From assembly GCA_047285805.1 (NCBI GenBank), contig JBJBCN010000003.1, positions 128,001 through 192,000 of the forward strand: 64,000 nt of DNA, written 5' to 3'. The position numbers and the translations under genes were made by a program. Of the stretch, positions 29,010 to 39,200 are shown piece after piece; the stretch's first letter is position 1; every line of letters begins with the position of its first letter. The DNA comes from Synechococcus sp. (GTDB lineage: Bacteria; Cyanobacteriota; Cyanobacteriia; PCC-6307; Cyanobiaceae). The notes beneath the pieces were generated by a model that was not told the DNA's origin, searched no databases, and saw nothing but the letters and a program-made list of their open reading frames with translations.

Positions 29010-31313
29010 TCAGCCGACCGCAATGATGCGGGCCAGGAAGAATGACCAGGTGGTCGCGATGCCGCCCAGCAGATAGTGGGCAACACCGACGGCACGGCCC
29101 TGGGTGATGGAGAGCGCCCGCGGCTGAATGGCGGGAGCAACCTTCAGCTTGTTGTGAGCCCAAACGATGGACTCAATCAGCTCTTGCCAGTAGCCGCGGC
29201 CACTGAACAGGAACATCAAGCTGAACGCCCAAACGAAGTGGGCACCCAAGAACATCAGGCCATAGGCACTGGTGGCAGAGCCATAGCTGTTGATCACCTG
29301 TGCAGCCTGAGCCCACAGGAAATCACGCAGCCAACCATTGATGGTCAATGCACTGTTGGCAAAGTTGCCAGCGGTGATATGGGAGACAGAACCGTCGGCG
29401 TTGACGGTGCCCCACACGTCGCTCTGCATCTTCCAGGAGAAGTGGAAGATAACGATCGACAGGGAGTTGTACATCCAGAACAGGCCCAGGAACACGTGGT
29501 CCCAAGCCGACACCTGGCAAGTACCGCCACGGCCGGGGCCGTCACAGGGGAAGCGGAAACCGAGGTTCGCCTTGTCGGGAACCAGGCGGCTGCTGCGGGC
29601 ATAGAGCACACCCTTCAGCAGGATCAGCACCGTCACGTGAATCGTGAAGGCGTGAATGTGGTGGACCATGAAGTCGGCCGTTCCCAGGGGGATCGGACCT
29701 GCAGCCACCTTGCCGCCCACGGCAACAACAGAGCCGTTGAAGGCCTCACTGACTCCAGCAAGAGCGTTCGGAACTGTGGTACCAGCAGCGCCAGCATGCA
29801 TGCCTTGAATCCATTGCGCAAAAATTGGCTTCAGCGCAATAGCCGAGTCACTGAACATGTCCTGGGGACGGCCCAGGGCACGCATGGTGTCGTTGTGGAT
29901 ATAGAGGCCAAAGCTGTGGAAGCCGAGCCAGATGCACACCCAGTTGAGGTGGCTGATCAGGGCATCGCGAGCCTTGAGTACCCGGTCAAGAACGTTGTCC
30001 ACGTGCTTGGCGGGGTCATAGTCACGAATCATGGCGATGGCAGCGTGAGCGCCAGCACCAACAATCAGAAATCCGCCGATCCAGGTGTGATGGGTGAACA
30101 GCGAGAGCTGTGTGGGGTAATCGATGCCGATGTACGGATAAGGAGGCATCGCGTACATGTGCTGAGCAACGATGATGCTCACCGAGCCGCCGATTGCGAG
30201 GTTGACCGCTAGCTGGGCGTGCCAGCTGGTGGTCATGAACTCGTAAAGGCCGTTGTGACCATTGCTGGCTGGGAACAACAGAGGATCGCCCTTCTGGCTC
30301 TCAAGGACTTCCTTGATGCTGTGCCCGATGCCCCAGTTGGTCCGGTACATGTGACCGGCAACAATGAACATGACGGCCAGAGCCAAATGGTGATGGGCGA
30401 TGTCGCTCATCCAGAGGCTGCCAGTCACAGGATTCAGGCCACCTTTAAAGGTGAGGAAATCGCTGTAAGCCGCCCAGTTGCCTGTAAAGAAGGCGTTGAT
30501 GCCTGCACCGAAACCGGGGAAGAGCTGAGCCAGCAGGTCCTGGTTAAAGAACTCATGAGGCAGGGGGATGTCCGCCACGGAGGCGATGGTCTTGCCATTG
30601 AGCGACAGGGGGCTGCCGGCATCGATGGCGTCCATCAGCGCGGTGGTGGGCAGAGACACATGGATCAGGTGACCCGCCCAGGACAAGGAACCCAGACCAA
30701 GCAGACCGGCCAGATGGTGGTTGAGCATCGACTCAACGTTCTGGAACCACTCGAGCTTGGGAGCTGCCTTGTGGTAGTGGAAGACGCCCGCATTGAGCAT
30801 CAAACCGGCCATCACCAGAGCACCGATGGCCAGGGCCATGAGCTGGGTCTCAGTGGTGATGCCCCAGGCTCTCCACATATGGAAAAGACCTGAGGTGATC
30901 TGAATGCCGTGGAAACCGGCACCCACATCGCCATTAAGGATTTCTTGGCCGAATACAGGCCAAACCACCTGCGCACTGGGTTTCACGTGCGTGGGGTCGG
31001 CGAGCCAGCCGGAGTAGTTGGAGAAGCGAGCACCGTGAAAGAAGGCGCCGCTCAGCCAAACAAAAATGACAGCCAGGTGACCGAAGTGGGCCGAAAAAAT
31101 CTTTCGGCTGACCTCTTCGAGATCGCTGGTGTGGCTATCGAAGTCGTGAGCGTTGGCGTGGAGGTTCCAAACCCAGGTTGTGGTTTTGGGACCTTTGGCA
31201 AGGCTGCGATCGAAATGGCCGGGCTTACCGAACAGTTCGAAGGTGGCCGGGTTGTTCACCCGGTCGACCTGGGCCTTCGCCGTTTTCCCACGCTCTGGTG
31301 GGCTGATGGTCAT
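29010..31313 (-). CDS. psaA: Photosystem I P700 apoprotein A1
   Basis: MTISPPER start at 31313; [15 protein letters not shown]. Confidence 0.99.
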   Translation of the reverse strand: MTISPPERGKTAKAQVDRVNNPATFELFGKPGHFDRSLAKGPKTTTWVWNLHANAHDFDSHTSDLEEVSRKIFSAHFGHLAVIFVWLSGAFFHGARFSNYSGWLADPTHVKPSAQVVWPVFGQEILNGDVGAGFHGIQITSGLFHMWRAWGITTETQLMALAIGALVMAGLMLNAGVFHYHKAAPKLEWFQNVESMLNHHLAGLLGLGSLSWAGHLIHVSLPTTALMDAIDAGSPLSLNGKTIASVADIPLPHEFFNQDLLAQLFPGFGAGINAFFTGNWAAYSDFLTFKGGLNPVTGSLWMSDIAHHHLALAVMFIVAGHMYRTNWGIGHSIKEVLESQKGDPLLFPASNGHNGLYEFMTTSWHAQLAVNLAIGGSVSIIVAQHMYAMPPYPYIGIDYPTQLSLFTHHTWIGGFLIVGAGAHAAIAMIRDYDPAKHVDNVLDRVLKARDALISHLNWVCIWLGFHSFGLYIHNDTMRALGRPQDMFSDSAIALKPIFAQWIQGMHAGAAGTTVPNALAGVSEAFNGSVVAVGGKVAAGPIPLGTADFMVHHIHAFTIHVTVLILLKGVLYARSSRLVPDKANLGFRFPCDGPGRGGTCQVSAWDHVFLGLFWMYNSLSIVIFHFSWKMQSDVWGTVNADGSVSHITAGNFANSALTINGWLRDFLWAQAAQVINSYGSATSAYGLMFLGAHFVWAFSLMFLFSGRGYWQELIESIVWAHNKLKVAPAIQPRALSITQGRAVGVAHYLLGGIATTWSFFLARIIAVG

Positions 31314-31573
31314 CGAGAGGTTCCTCGAGGGACGGGGTCGAGGTGGAGGTCCACCCTTCTGGTCAAGCGCTTCGACGAATCGAGGAGCCGCCAGTGGAGC
31401 CACGGACGCAAACCAAGGGCTCGCGCCATGGACGCCGGGCCAAGAAAACCAGCTCCGACCGAGGCCAAAACCGCTTTTCCTGACTGGCGCGTTGGGCCCC
31501 AATAAGGGGACCGCTGGCGGAAGTATAAAAGCGGAATCCAAGTCTCTTGGGCGAGCAGTTACAAAGGTTCAAC
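31314..31573 (-). promoter_or_regulatory. psaA promoter and ~200-nt 5' leader (probable psaA RNA motif region); HLR1-like site
   Basis: TATACT -10 on the minus strand at 31527-31522; GTTACAAA-GG-TTCAAC at 31558-31573. Confidence 0.5.
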
Positions 31574-31778
31574 CCGGAGCCGCGCCAGTCAGGGACTGAG
31601 TTCTCGCGGGAGCAAAGAATCATCAATTTTTCTCAGATTAAACCGGTCTTATTAAGCAAATCCGACCATTTCAAGCCTTCTATTTATCGAAATTGCGCTA
31701 GTCCTTCCGGTCGAATAGTCCGCAAACCTGCAGAATGTGGTCAGTGATTCGCCCAAACGAGTGGGGACAGCCAAGCGC

Positions 31779-33125
31779 ATGCGCCAATCGGCACTGAAGG
31801 CCATCTCGGCCCTAGTGCTTGGGGTCTTGCTAATGGTCACTAGTGGCTGCACATCCAGCTCCAGCGCACGAGGAAGCCGAAGCGAAACCTCCCCAGTCGC
31901 CAACTCGAAACCAAGTGCACAACTGCAGGAAGTTGCCCAACCGGGAGCAGTTCAAGAACTCAAGGAAAGGTTGAACGACCGGGCCCCACAGATCGATGTC
32001 TTGGCCCCCGCAAATGACAGCACCCTGCCGGCCGGCCCCTGGACGCTGAAGCTCAAGGTTCAGGACTGGCCTCTCTATGCGGACGAGACCAATGGGCTCG
32101 GTCCCCACCTGGTCCTCCAGCTGGATGATCAGCAGCCCCGACGGATCAGCAGCAGCGCCGAGGCTGAAGCCATCACCATGCCTGAGCTCAGTCCTGGCAG
32201 CCATCGCCTGACGGTCTTCGCCGCCCGACCTTGGGGAGAGGTGGTCAAAGCACCAGGCGCCAGCCAGCAATTGCGCCTGCACCGCGTCGCCCGCAACCCC
32301 TCCCAACTCCCAGGCTCCGGCTCACCGCAACTGATTGCGGCAAGTCCATCAGACCTCCAGCACAGCGAACCCGTCCTGATCGACTGGCTCCTGATCGATG
32401 CGCCGCTTCAGCACCTTCGCGATGACGACTCCCGTTGGCGTCTGCGGGTCAGCGTGAATGGCGACAGCTTCCTCGTCGATCGGCAAACCCCCCTCTGGCT
32501 CAAGGGCCTCAAGCGAGGCAGCAACGCCGTTCAGCTGGAGCTGCTGGATGGCCGAGGAGATCCCTTAAACCCACTCTTTAACAGTGTTGTTCGCGAAGTC
32601 GTCATCGACGCAAGCAACAGGCCCAGCTGGCAGCAGACCCATCTGAATGCGGAGAGCCTGGCCGCGCTCAGTGGCACCCCGGCCCATGAGACCGAGTCAG
32701 ATCCAGCAGAGCTTAACGAGGACATCGCCCCAGAGCCGGCCCCGCGGGAGCCAGCGGAACCCCAAGCGAGTGAACCCGCGCCTGAAACGGCACCGGTAAC
32801 TCCCGCCCTGGAGGTCCCGTCTGAAGTCGCTCAGCCGGCAACCAGCCCGGAGAAGAGCGAAGAGCCTCAACACGCGGCCGCAATCCCAACTTCCGAGCCG
32901 GAGCCGGAGACCACCCCAGTCGCCAAGCCCACTCCAGAATCGGCACCTCAGCCAGCACCCGTGGCCGCACCAGCTCCAGTGCCCCCTGCAAGCCCTGATG
33001 AGCGGATGGCTCCCACCAGTCGTCTGGGGGGATCGGCCCGTGACTTGGTCAGCAGCGATGGCTCCTTGATCGAAGCCCAGCCCAAGGGCCCCTTCGCCGG
33101 CCTGAAGGCGAAGCTGGGTGGATGA
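31779..33125 (+). CDS. Putative lipoprotein with Pro/Ala/Glu-rich C-terminal region
   Basis: Signal peptide with lipobox-like VTSGC; GPHLVLQLD and PGSHRLTVFAARPWGE core; low-complexity tail. Confidence 0.75.
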   Translation: MRQSALKAISALVLGVLLMVTSGCTSSSSARGSRSETSPVANSKPSAQLQEVAQPGAVQELKERLNDRAPQIDVLAPANDSTLPAGPWTLKLKVQDWPLYADETNGLGPHLVLQLDDQQPRRISSSAEAEAITMPELSPGSHRLTVFAARPWGEVVKAPGASQQLRLHRVARNPSQLPGSGSPQLIAASPSDLQHSEPVLIDWLLIDAPLQHLRDDDSRWRLRVSVNGDSFLVDRQTPLWLKGLKRGSNAVQLELLDGRGDPLNPLFNSVVREVVIDASNRPSWQQTHLNAESLAALSGTPAHETESDPAELNEDIAPEPAPREPAEPQASEPAPETAPVTPALEVPSEVAQPATSPEKSEEPQHAAAIPTSEPEPETTPVAKPTPESAPQPAPVAAPAPVPPASPDERMAPTSRLGGSARDLVSSDGSLIEAQPKGPFAGLKAKLGG

Positions 33126-34903
33126 ACGACAGCCTGATTTGGGGTTTCAGCCTCAGCGCCAGCGGCCTACCACTCCTGCGACGCCTCTTGGAATCAGGTG
33201 ACATCGACCGTCTGGCCAGCCCGGCCGAAGGAAACCACTGGGGCCGTGGGGAGCTGCAGACCCTGGTGGAGGCCAACTGGAGCACCAGTCGTGCCTTTGT
33301 GGCCGTGGGGGCCTGCGGCGCCATCACACGCCTGATCGGCTCTTACCTCGAGGACAAAGCCAGCGATCCAGCCGTCGTTGTCCTCGATCCCCACGGGCGC
33401 TTTGCGGTTCCCTTACTCGGGGGCCACGGGGCCGGTGGCGAGGCTCTCGCCCAAACCCTGGCGTCCCGCTGCCAAGGCACGGCGGTGGTCACGGGAGCCG
33501 CCCACGGCGAAGGCCGGGTCGCCCTGGACAGCTTTGGTCTGGCCTGGGGCTGGAGACGCAACGGCGGCCCCTGGGACACCCTGATGAAGGCGATGGCCCG
33601 CGGCGAAGCTCTGACCAGCCGGCACCTAGAGGGCAATCCCCGTTGGCAAGAGCTGCCGGGCCTGGCCCCAGGGGAAGAGCACGCCAACCCCTCACTCTCG
33701 GTGGGCATTGGAGAGGACCAGGACTGCCGATGGCACCCCCCCAGCGTCTGGCTGGGCATGGGCTGCGAGCGCAACACAAGCCTCAGCCTGCTCGAGCGCT
33801 CCTGCGACAGCTTAATCGCGCATCACCAGATCGCACCGGAGGCGATCGCCGGCTTGGCCAGTGCCGATCGCAAGGCCGATGAAGCGGCGCTGCTGGAGCT
33901 GGCCGAGCGTCGAGGCTGGCCCCTGCGGTGCTTCAGCGCGGAACGCTTGGCCCTGGTGGCTGTGCCCAATCCATCGGCGGTGGTTGCCGCGGAACTAGGA
34001 ACGGCCAGTGTGGCGGAAGCCTCAGCCCTACTCGCCGCTGGTCCCGAGGCAACGCTGCTGGCCGAAAAACAGATCACCCGCGCCGAAACTGGGGAACAGG
34101 GGGCCGCGACCGCCTCTCTTGCCCTGGCTGCCAGCCAGTGGGCTCCCCATCGCGGCCATCTCCATCTGATTGGCGCTGGACCAGGACGGCTGGACCTCCT
34201 CACCCCGGACGCCAAAGCAGCCCTCAGCCAAAGCTGCGTCTGGGTTGGCTATGGCCTCTATCTCGATTTGCTGGAACCGCTGCGTCGGCCGGATCAACTG
34301 CGCAGTGATGGACAACTCACGCAGGAACGCGAGCGTTGCAAGGAAGCGCTACGCCTGGCCTGCGAAGGCCAGACCGTGTCCCTGATCTCCTCCGGTGACA
34401 GCGGCATCTACGGCATGGCCGGCCTGGCCCTAGAGCTGTGGGTCGAGCTGGATCCCGACGATCGCCCCAGCTTCGAGGTGCACCCAGGCCTCTCCGCACT
34501 CCAGGTCGCCGCGGCCCGGGCAGGGGCGCCACTCATGCACGACTTCTGCACGATCAGCCTGAGCGACCGGCTGACGCCCTGGGAAGTCATCGAAAAGCGC
34601 CTCGAAGCCGCCGCCGCCGGGGACTTTGTCGTGGCCCTCTACAACCCCCGCTCTAAAGGACGGGATTGGCAACTGGAGCGCGCTCAACAGCTCTTGCTCT
34701 GCGGCAGACCAGAAAACACCCCGGTCGTGCTGGCGCGCCAACTGGGCCGCCCCGAGGAGCAGGTCTGCCTGCACCTGCTGGGCAGTCTCCCCATTGAGGA
34801 AGTGGACATGCTCACCCTGGTGCTGGTGGGCAACAGCACAAGCCGCACCGAGTCGGGCCGGATGGTAACCCCGCGGGGATATCCAGGCGCTGAGCTGCAA
34901 TAA
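33122..34903 (+). CDS. cobJ: Bifunctional CbiG / precorrin-3B C17-methyltransferase
   Basis: DPAVVV.D..G..AVPLLGGH (CbiG); IGAGPG, SSGDSGIYGMA, HDFCTISLSD.LTPW, LYNPRS, TPRGY. Confidence 0.93.
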   Translation: MNDSLIWGFSLSASGLPLLRRLLESGDIDRLASPAEGNHWGRGELQTLVEANWSTSRAFVAVGACGAITRLIGSYLEDKASDPAVVVLDPHGRFAVPLLGGHGAGGEALAQTLASRCQGTAVVTGAAHGEGRVALDSFGLAWGWRRNGGPWDTLMKAMARGEALTSRHLEGNPRWQELPGLAPGEEHANPSLSVGIGEDQDCRWHPPSVWLGMGCERNTSLSLLERSCDSLIAHHQIAPEAIAGLASADRKADEAALLELAERRGWPLRCFSAERLALVAVPNPSAVVAAELGTASVAEASALLAAGPEATLLAEKQITRAETGEQGAATASLALAASQWAPHRGHLHLIGAGPGRLDLLTPDAKAALSQSCVWVGYGLYLDLLEPLRRPDQLRSDGQLTQERERCKEALRLACEGQTVSLISSGDSGIYGMAGLALELWVELDPDDRPSFEVHPGLSALQVAAARAGAPLMHDFCTISLSDRLTPWEVIEKRLEAAAAGDFVVALYNPRSKGRDWQLERAQQLLLCGRPENTPVVLARQLGRPEEQVCLHLLGSLPIEEVDMLTLVLVGNSTSRTESGRMVTPRGYPGAELQ

Positions 34904-34906
34904 GAA

Positions 34907-34980
34907 TCGGGATGACAGGATTCGAACCTGCGGCCCCTTCGTCCCGAACGAAGTGCGCTACCAAGCTGCGCTACATCCCG
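34907..34980 (-). tRNA. trnP: tRNA-Pro(CGG)
   Basis: Reverse complement CGGGATGTAGCGCAGCTTGGTAGCGCA-CTTCG-TTCGGGA-CGAAG-GGGCCGCAGGTTCGAATCCTGTCATCCCGA. Confidence 0.97.
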
Positions 34981-35063
34981 ATGGCCGGAGTGTAGGAGAT
35001 GGCCGCCCAGTCGCTACCTAGAGTCGATGGGCTCTTTGGTGCCTTCGGCGCACTCGCGATCCC

Positions 35064-35933
35064 TTGCTAAAACCCGACTGGCTGCGCGTGAAAGCTCCCC
35101 AGCGGGAACGGATCGGTGAAGTCGCCGATCTGCTGCTGGATCTCAAGCTCAACACCGTTTGCCAGGAAGCTAGCTGCCCCAACATCGGTGAGTGCTTCGC
35201 GGGCGGCACGGCCACCTTTTTGATCATGGGCCCCGGCTGCACCCGGGCCTGCCCCTACTGCGACATCGACTTCGACAAGAGTGTTCGAAGCCTCGATCCG
35301 ACCGAACCAGAAAGGCTGGGGGAGGCCACGGCGCGGCTGGGCCTCAAGCATGTCGTAATCACCTCGGTGAATCGCGATGACCTCAGCGATGGCGGGGCCA
35401 GCCAATTTGTGGACTGCATCGAGGCGGTGCGTCAGCGCTCTCCTGAAACCACAATCGAGCTGCTCATCCCCGATTTCTGCGGGGACTGGAACGCCCTGGC
35501 CACAGTCATGGCAGCCGGCCCCGATGTGCTGAACCACAACATCGAGACTGTGCCGAGGCTCTACAAGAAAGCACGGCCCCAGGGGATCTATGAACGGTCC
35601 TTGGAACTGCTCTTGCAGGTGCGGGAGCGGTGGCCCAAGGCCTACAGCAAATCGGGCCTGATGGTCGGCCTGGGTGAAAGCGACGAGGAGGTCATGGAGA
35701 CCCTGGTGGATCTGCGCGATCACCGGGTCGACATCGTCACCATCGGCCAATACCTCTCTCCTGGGCCGAAGCACCTGCCGGTGGATCGCTTTGTCACCCC
35801 CGAGCAGTTCGAGCGGTTCCAGCTCCATGGCGAGCAGGCGTTGGGCTTCCTGCAGGTGGTAAGCACGCCGCTGACCCGCAGCAGCTACCACGCCGGAGAG
35901 GTGCAGCGCCTAATGCAACTGCACCCGCGTTAG
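35064..35933 (+). CDS. lipA: Lipoyl synthase
   Basis: [34 protein letters not shown]. Confidence 0.97.
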   Translation: MLKPDWLRVKAPQRERIGEVADLLLDLKLNTVCQEASCPNIGECFAGGTATFLIMGPGCTRACPYCDIDFDKSVRSLDPTEPERLGEATARLGLKHVVITSVNRDDLSDGGASQFVDCIEAVRQRSPETTIELLIPDFCGDWNALATVMAAGPDVLNHNIETVPRLYKKARPQGIYERSLELLLQVRERWPKAYSKSGLMVGLGESDEEVMETLVDLRDHRVDIVTIGQYLSPGPKHLPVDRFVTPEQFERFQLHGEQALGFLQVVSTPLTRSSYHAGEVQRLMQLHPR

Positions 35934-35935
35934 CG

Positions 35936-36114
35936 CTAGGCCTCCAGCAGAAATTCAGCTTCCAGGGCTTGGGCTTGAGAGCCGTCGCCGAGGGCCTCCA
36001 GGTGCTGATTCACCAGGCTCACCGGGGCATCCAAGCGAACGAAGTGCTCAAGCAAAGCCAGGTCATCTAGCGAGCGATGAGCTGCCGGAAGGGTTGGGCG
36101 AACTCAGGAGGCAT
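35936..36114 (-). pseudogene. Possible frameshifted small protein (~59 aa) or sequencing error
   Basis: ATG frame MPPEFAQPFRQLIAR* abuts a second frame LDDLALLEHFVRLDAPVSLVNQHLEALGDGSQAQALEAEFLLEA*; one inserted base joins them. Confidence 0.4.
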
Positions 36115-36239
36115 GGCTCCGTTGCGAGTGCTCGAACGCTATGGAGGCTCTCCCATTCAGGCGGTCGGGCGAGCCGCACAAGGGGGTCAGCCGATCCCCT
36201 TGTGCGGGAAGCGAAGAGAACGGGCGGGGAACCGGCGGC

Positions 36240-39200
36240 TTAAGCCGCCACGGCCTCCCGCTCGGCCAAGCCGACGTTGGCCTTCTCGCTGGGGGGGACC
36301 AGCACCTTGAAGCGCAGCTTCCAGCTCGACCAATCCGCCAGGATCGTGGCGGCCTTGGTGCTGCCCGTGGCGGAGACATGAGCCTCCAGCAAGGGTTTGA
36401 GCAGGGCCTCCTGCTCGGGGGTGCTGAGGGCACAGATCTCGACGATCTCTGGATTCACTCGATCGCGCAGACCACCAGTCTCATCCAGAACAAAGGTGAC
36501 CCCTCCGGTCATGCCGGCGCCCACGTTGCGGCCGGTGCTGCCCAGTACCACGACAACACCGCCAGTCATGTACTCGCAGCAGTGATCGCCGGCGCCTTCC
36601 ACAACGGTCTTGGCACCACTGTTCCGAACAGCGAAGCGTTCGCCGGCGCGGCCAAGGGCGAAGAGCTCACCGCCGGTGGCGCCATAGAGGCAAGTGTTCC
36701 CGAGGATCACCTGGGAGCCGGGGGCGTTACCGCCCGCAGGGGGAACGACTGTGAGGCGGCCACCATTGATGCCCTTGCCGACGTAGTCGTTGGCTTCGCC
36801 CACCAGGCGCACATTCATGCCTTGAACGGTGAAGGCACCGAAGCTCTGACCAGCAGCACCCTCATAGATGAGGTCGAGCTGGCCCTTGAAGCCACTGTTG
36901 CCATGGCGCGCAGCGATCTCACCACCAAGACGGGCGCAGACGCTGCGATCGGTGTTGATGATCGGCAGTGTTCGGGCCAGCTGGCCGTGGTTCTCAATGG
37001 TCGCAATCAGCTCGGCGTCAGCCAGCAGCTGGTCTTCCAGGATTACGCCGTTGCCATGGGCCACCTCGGCGTGGCGCAACCAGGCGCGGTCAGCCGCCTG
37101 AGGGATGGGATCCAACAGGCAGGAGAGGTCGAGGGCCTTGGTTTTGGCCAACTGCACGTCGCGGGGCTTGAGCAGATCCGAGCGGCCGATCAGGTCGTCC
37201 AGGCGAGCCACGCCGAGGACGCTCATCAGCTGACGCACCTCCTCCGCCACAAACAGGAAGAAGTTGACCACCTGCTCTGGCAGTCCGGTGAAGCGCTTGC
37301 GCAGGGCTTCCTTCTGGGTGGCCACCCCGACAGGGCAGTTATTGGTGTGGCAAACGCGGGCCATGATGCAGCCCTCGGCGATCATCGCGATCGACCCGAA
37401 GCCGTATTCCTCTGCACCCAGCAGAGCCGCAATCACCACATCCCAACCAGTCTTGAGGCCGCCGTCGGCCCGCAGCAGGACGCGATCGCGCAGGCCGTTC
37501 TCCAGCAAGGCCCTGTGCACCTCAGTCAGGCCGAGTTCCCAGGGACCGCCGGCGTGCTTGATCGAGCTCAGGGGCGAAGCGCCGGTGCCGCCGTCATGGC
37601 CAGAGATCTGGATGACATCCGCGTTGGCCTTGGCCACACCAGCCGCAATGGTGCCGATGCCGATCTCGGCCACCAGCTTCACGCTCACCTTGGCGGCGGG
37701 GTGCACCTGGTGCAGGTCATGGATGAGCTGCGCGAGGTCCTCGATCGAATAGATGTCGTGGTGGGGCGGAGGTGAGATCAACGCCACCCCAGGCTTGCTG
37801 TTGCGCAACCAGGCGATGTAGGGGTCAACCTTTGGACCCGGTAGCTGGCCGCCTTCACCGGGCTTGGCGCCCTGGGCGACCTTGATCTCCAGTTGCTTGC
37901 CACTGCGCAGGTATTCCGGGGTGACCCCGAAGCGACCCGAAGCGATCTGCTTAATCGCCGAACAGGCCGTGTCGCCATTGCGGAGGCCCTTGATCGAGGG
38001 CAGGGTGGCCGAGAGGCCCTCCGCATTCACGTCGTCCAGGACGTTGAAGCGGGCCGGATCCTCACCTCCCTCACCGCTGTTGCTCTTGCCGCCGATGCGG
38101 TTCATGGCCACAGCGAGCACCTCGTGGGCTTCGCGGGAGAGTGCACCGAGGCTCATGCCGCCGGTGCAGAAGCGCTCACAGATGCTCTCAATGCTCTCGA
38201 CCTGGTCGAGGGGCAGGGGCATAGCGGCTGGCTGCAGTTCCAGCAAGTCCCGCAAGGCCGTCACCGGACGGTTCTCCACCAGGGTCTTGTAGGTGGAGAA
38301 ATGGTCGTAACCAGGGCCCTGCTTGATCGCGGCGTGGAGCGCCTTCGTCATCTCTGGGCTGTTGAGGTGGTACTCACCACCCGTGCGGTACTGCACAAAG
38401 CCCATGAACTCGAGCTTGGTGCGGTTCAGCTCTGGGAAAGCCTTGGCATGGAAGGTCAAGGTCTCGCTCGCCAATTCCTCCAGGCTCAGGCCTGCCACCC
38501 GACTGGTGGTCCCCTTGAAGGCGCGCTCAATCAGATCCGCACCAACGCCGATCGCCTCAAAAATTTGGGCGCCGTGATAGCTGGCCAAAAGCGAAATTCC
38601 GATCTTGGAAAGGATCTTGCGGAGACCGTCTTCCAGGGCCTTGCGCACATTGGCTTGGACCTGATCCGGGGTCAGGGCCGGGAGCTTGCCACGCTCGATC
38701 AGTTTCTGGGTCTTGGGATGGGCCAGCCAATGGCGGGTGGTCTCCCAAGTCAGCCAGGGGCAGACCGCGCTGGCTCCGTAGCCAATTAGACAGGCCAGAT
38801 GGTGGGTGCTCCAGCACTGGGCGGTCTCCACCACCAGGGAGGTCTGCAGCCGCAACCCCTGCTTCAAGAGGTGGTGGTGAACCGCACCAACCGCCAACAA
38901 CGGCGGGATGTAGGAGGTGGTGGCGGTGATGCCGCGGTCGGAGAGCACCAGAATCTGGCTGCCGTTGCGCACGGCGGCTTCCGCGTCGTTGCAGAGCTGG
39001 GAGAGCACCGCCTGAAGGCCCGCCGGTCCACCGCTGATCGGCATCAGGGTCGAGAGGGTGCGGCTGGCAATGCCCTGTTGGGTGGTAGCCGCCAGCTCAG
39101 CCTCATTGAGGATCGGGCTGTTGAGGTGCAAGACCGCTGCCGCTGAGGCCTCCGGCTTGAGCGGAGACCCCCGCCTACCGAGATGCATCTCCAGGCTCAT

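Noticed and set aside
31314..31541. 76-aa N-terminal extension of PsaA in the ORF track
   Set aside because: The canonical MTISPP start is at 31313; the extension spans the promoter and leader
32680..33000. Repetitive Pro/Ala/Glu-coding stretch as a possible repeat array
   Set aside because: Low-complexity protein linker; no fixed-length repeat-spacer pattern, so not CRISPR
34907..35063. Integrated element at tRNA-Pro
   Set aside because: Flanked directly by cobJ and lipA; no integrase or duplicated tRNA end
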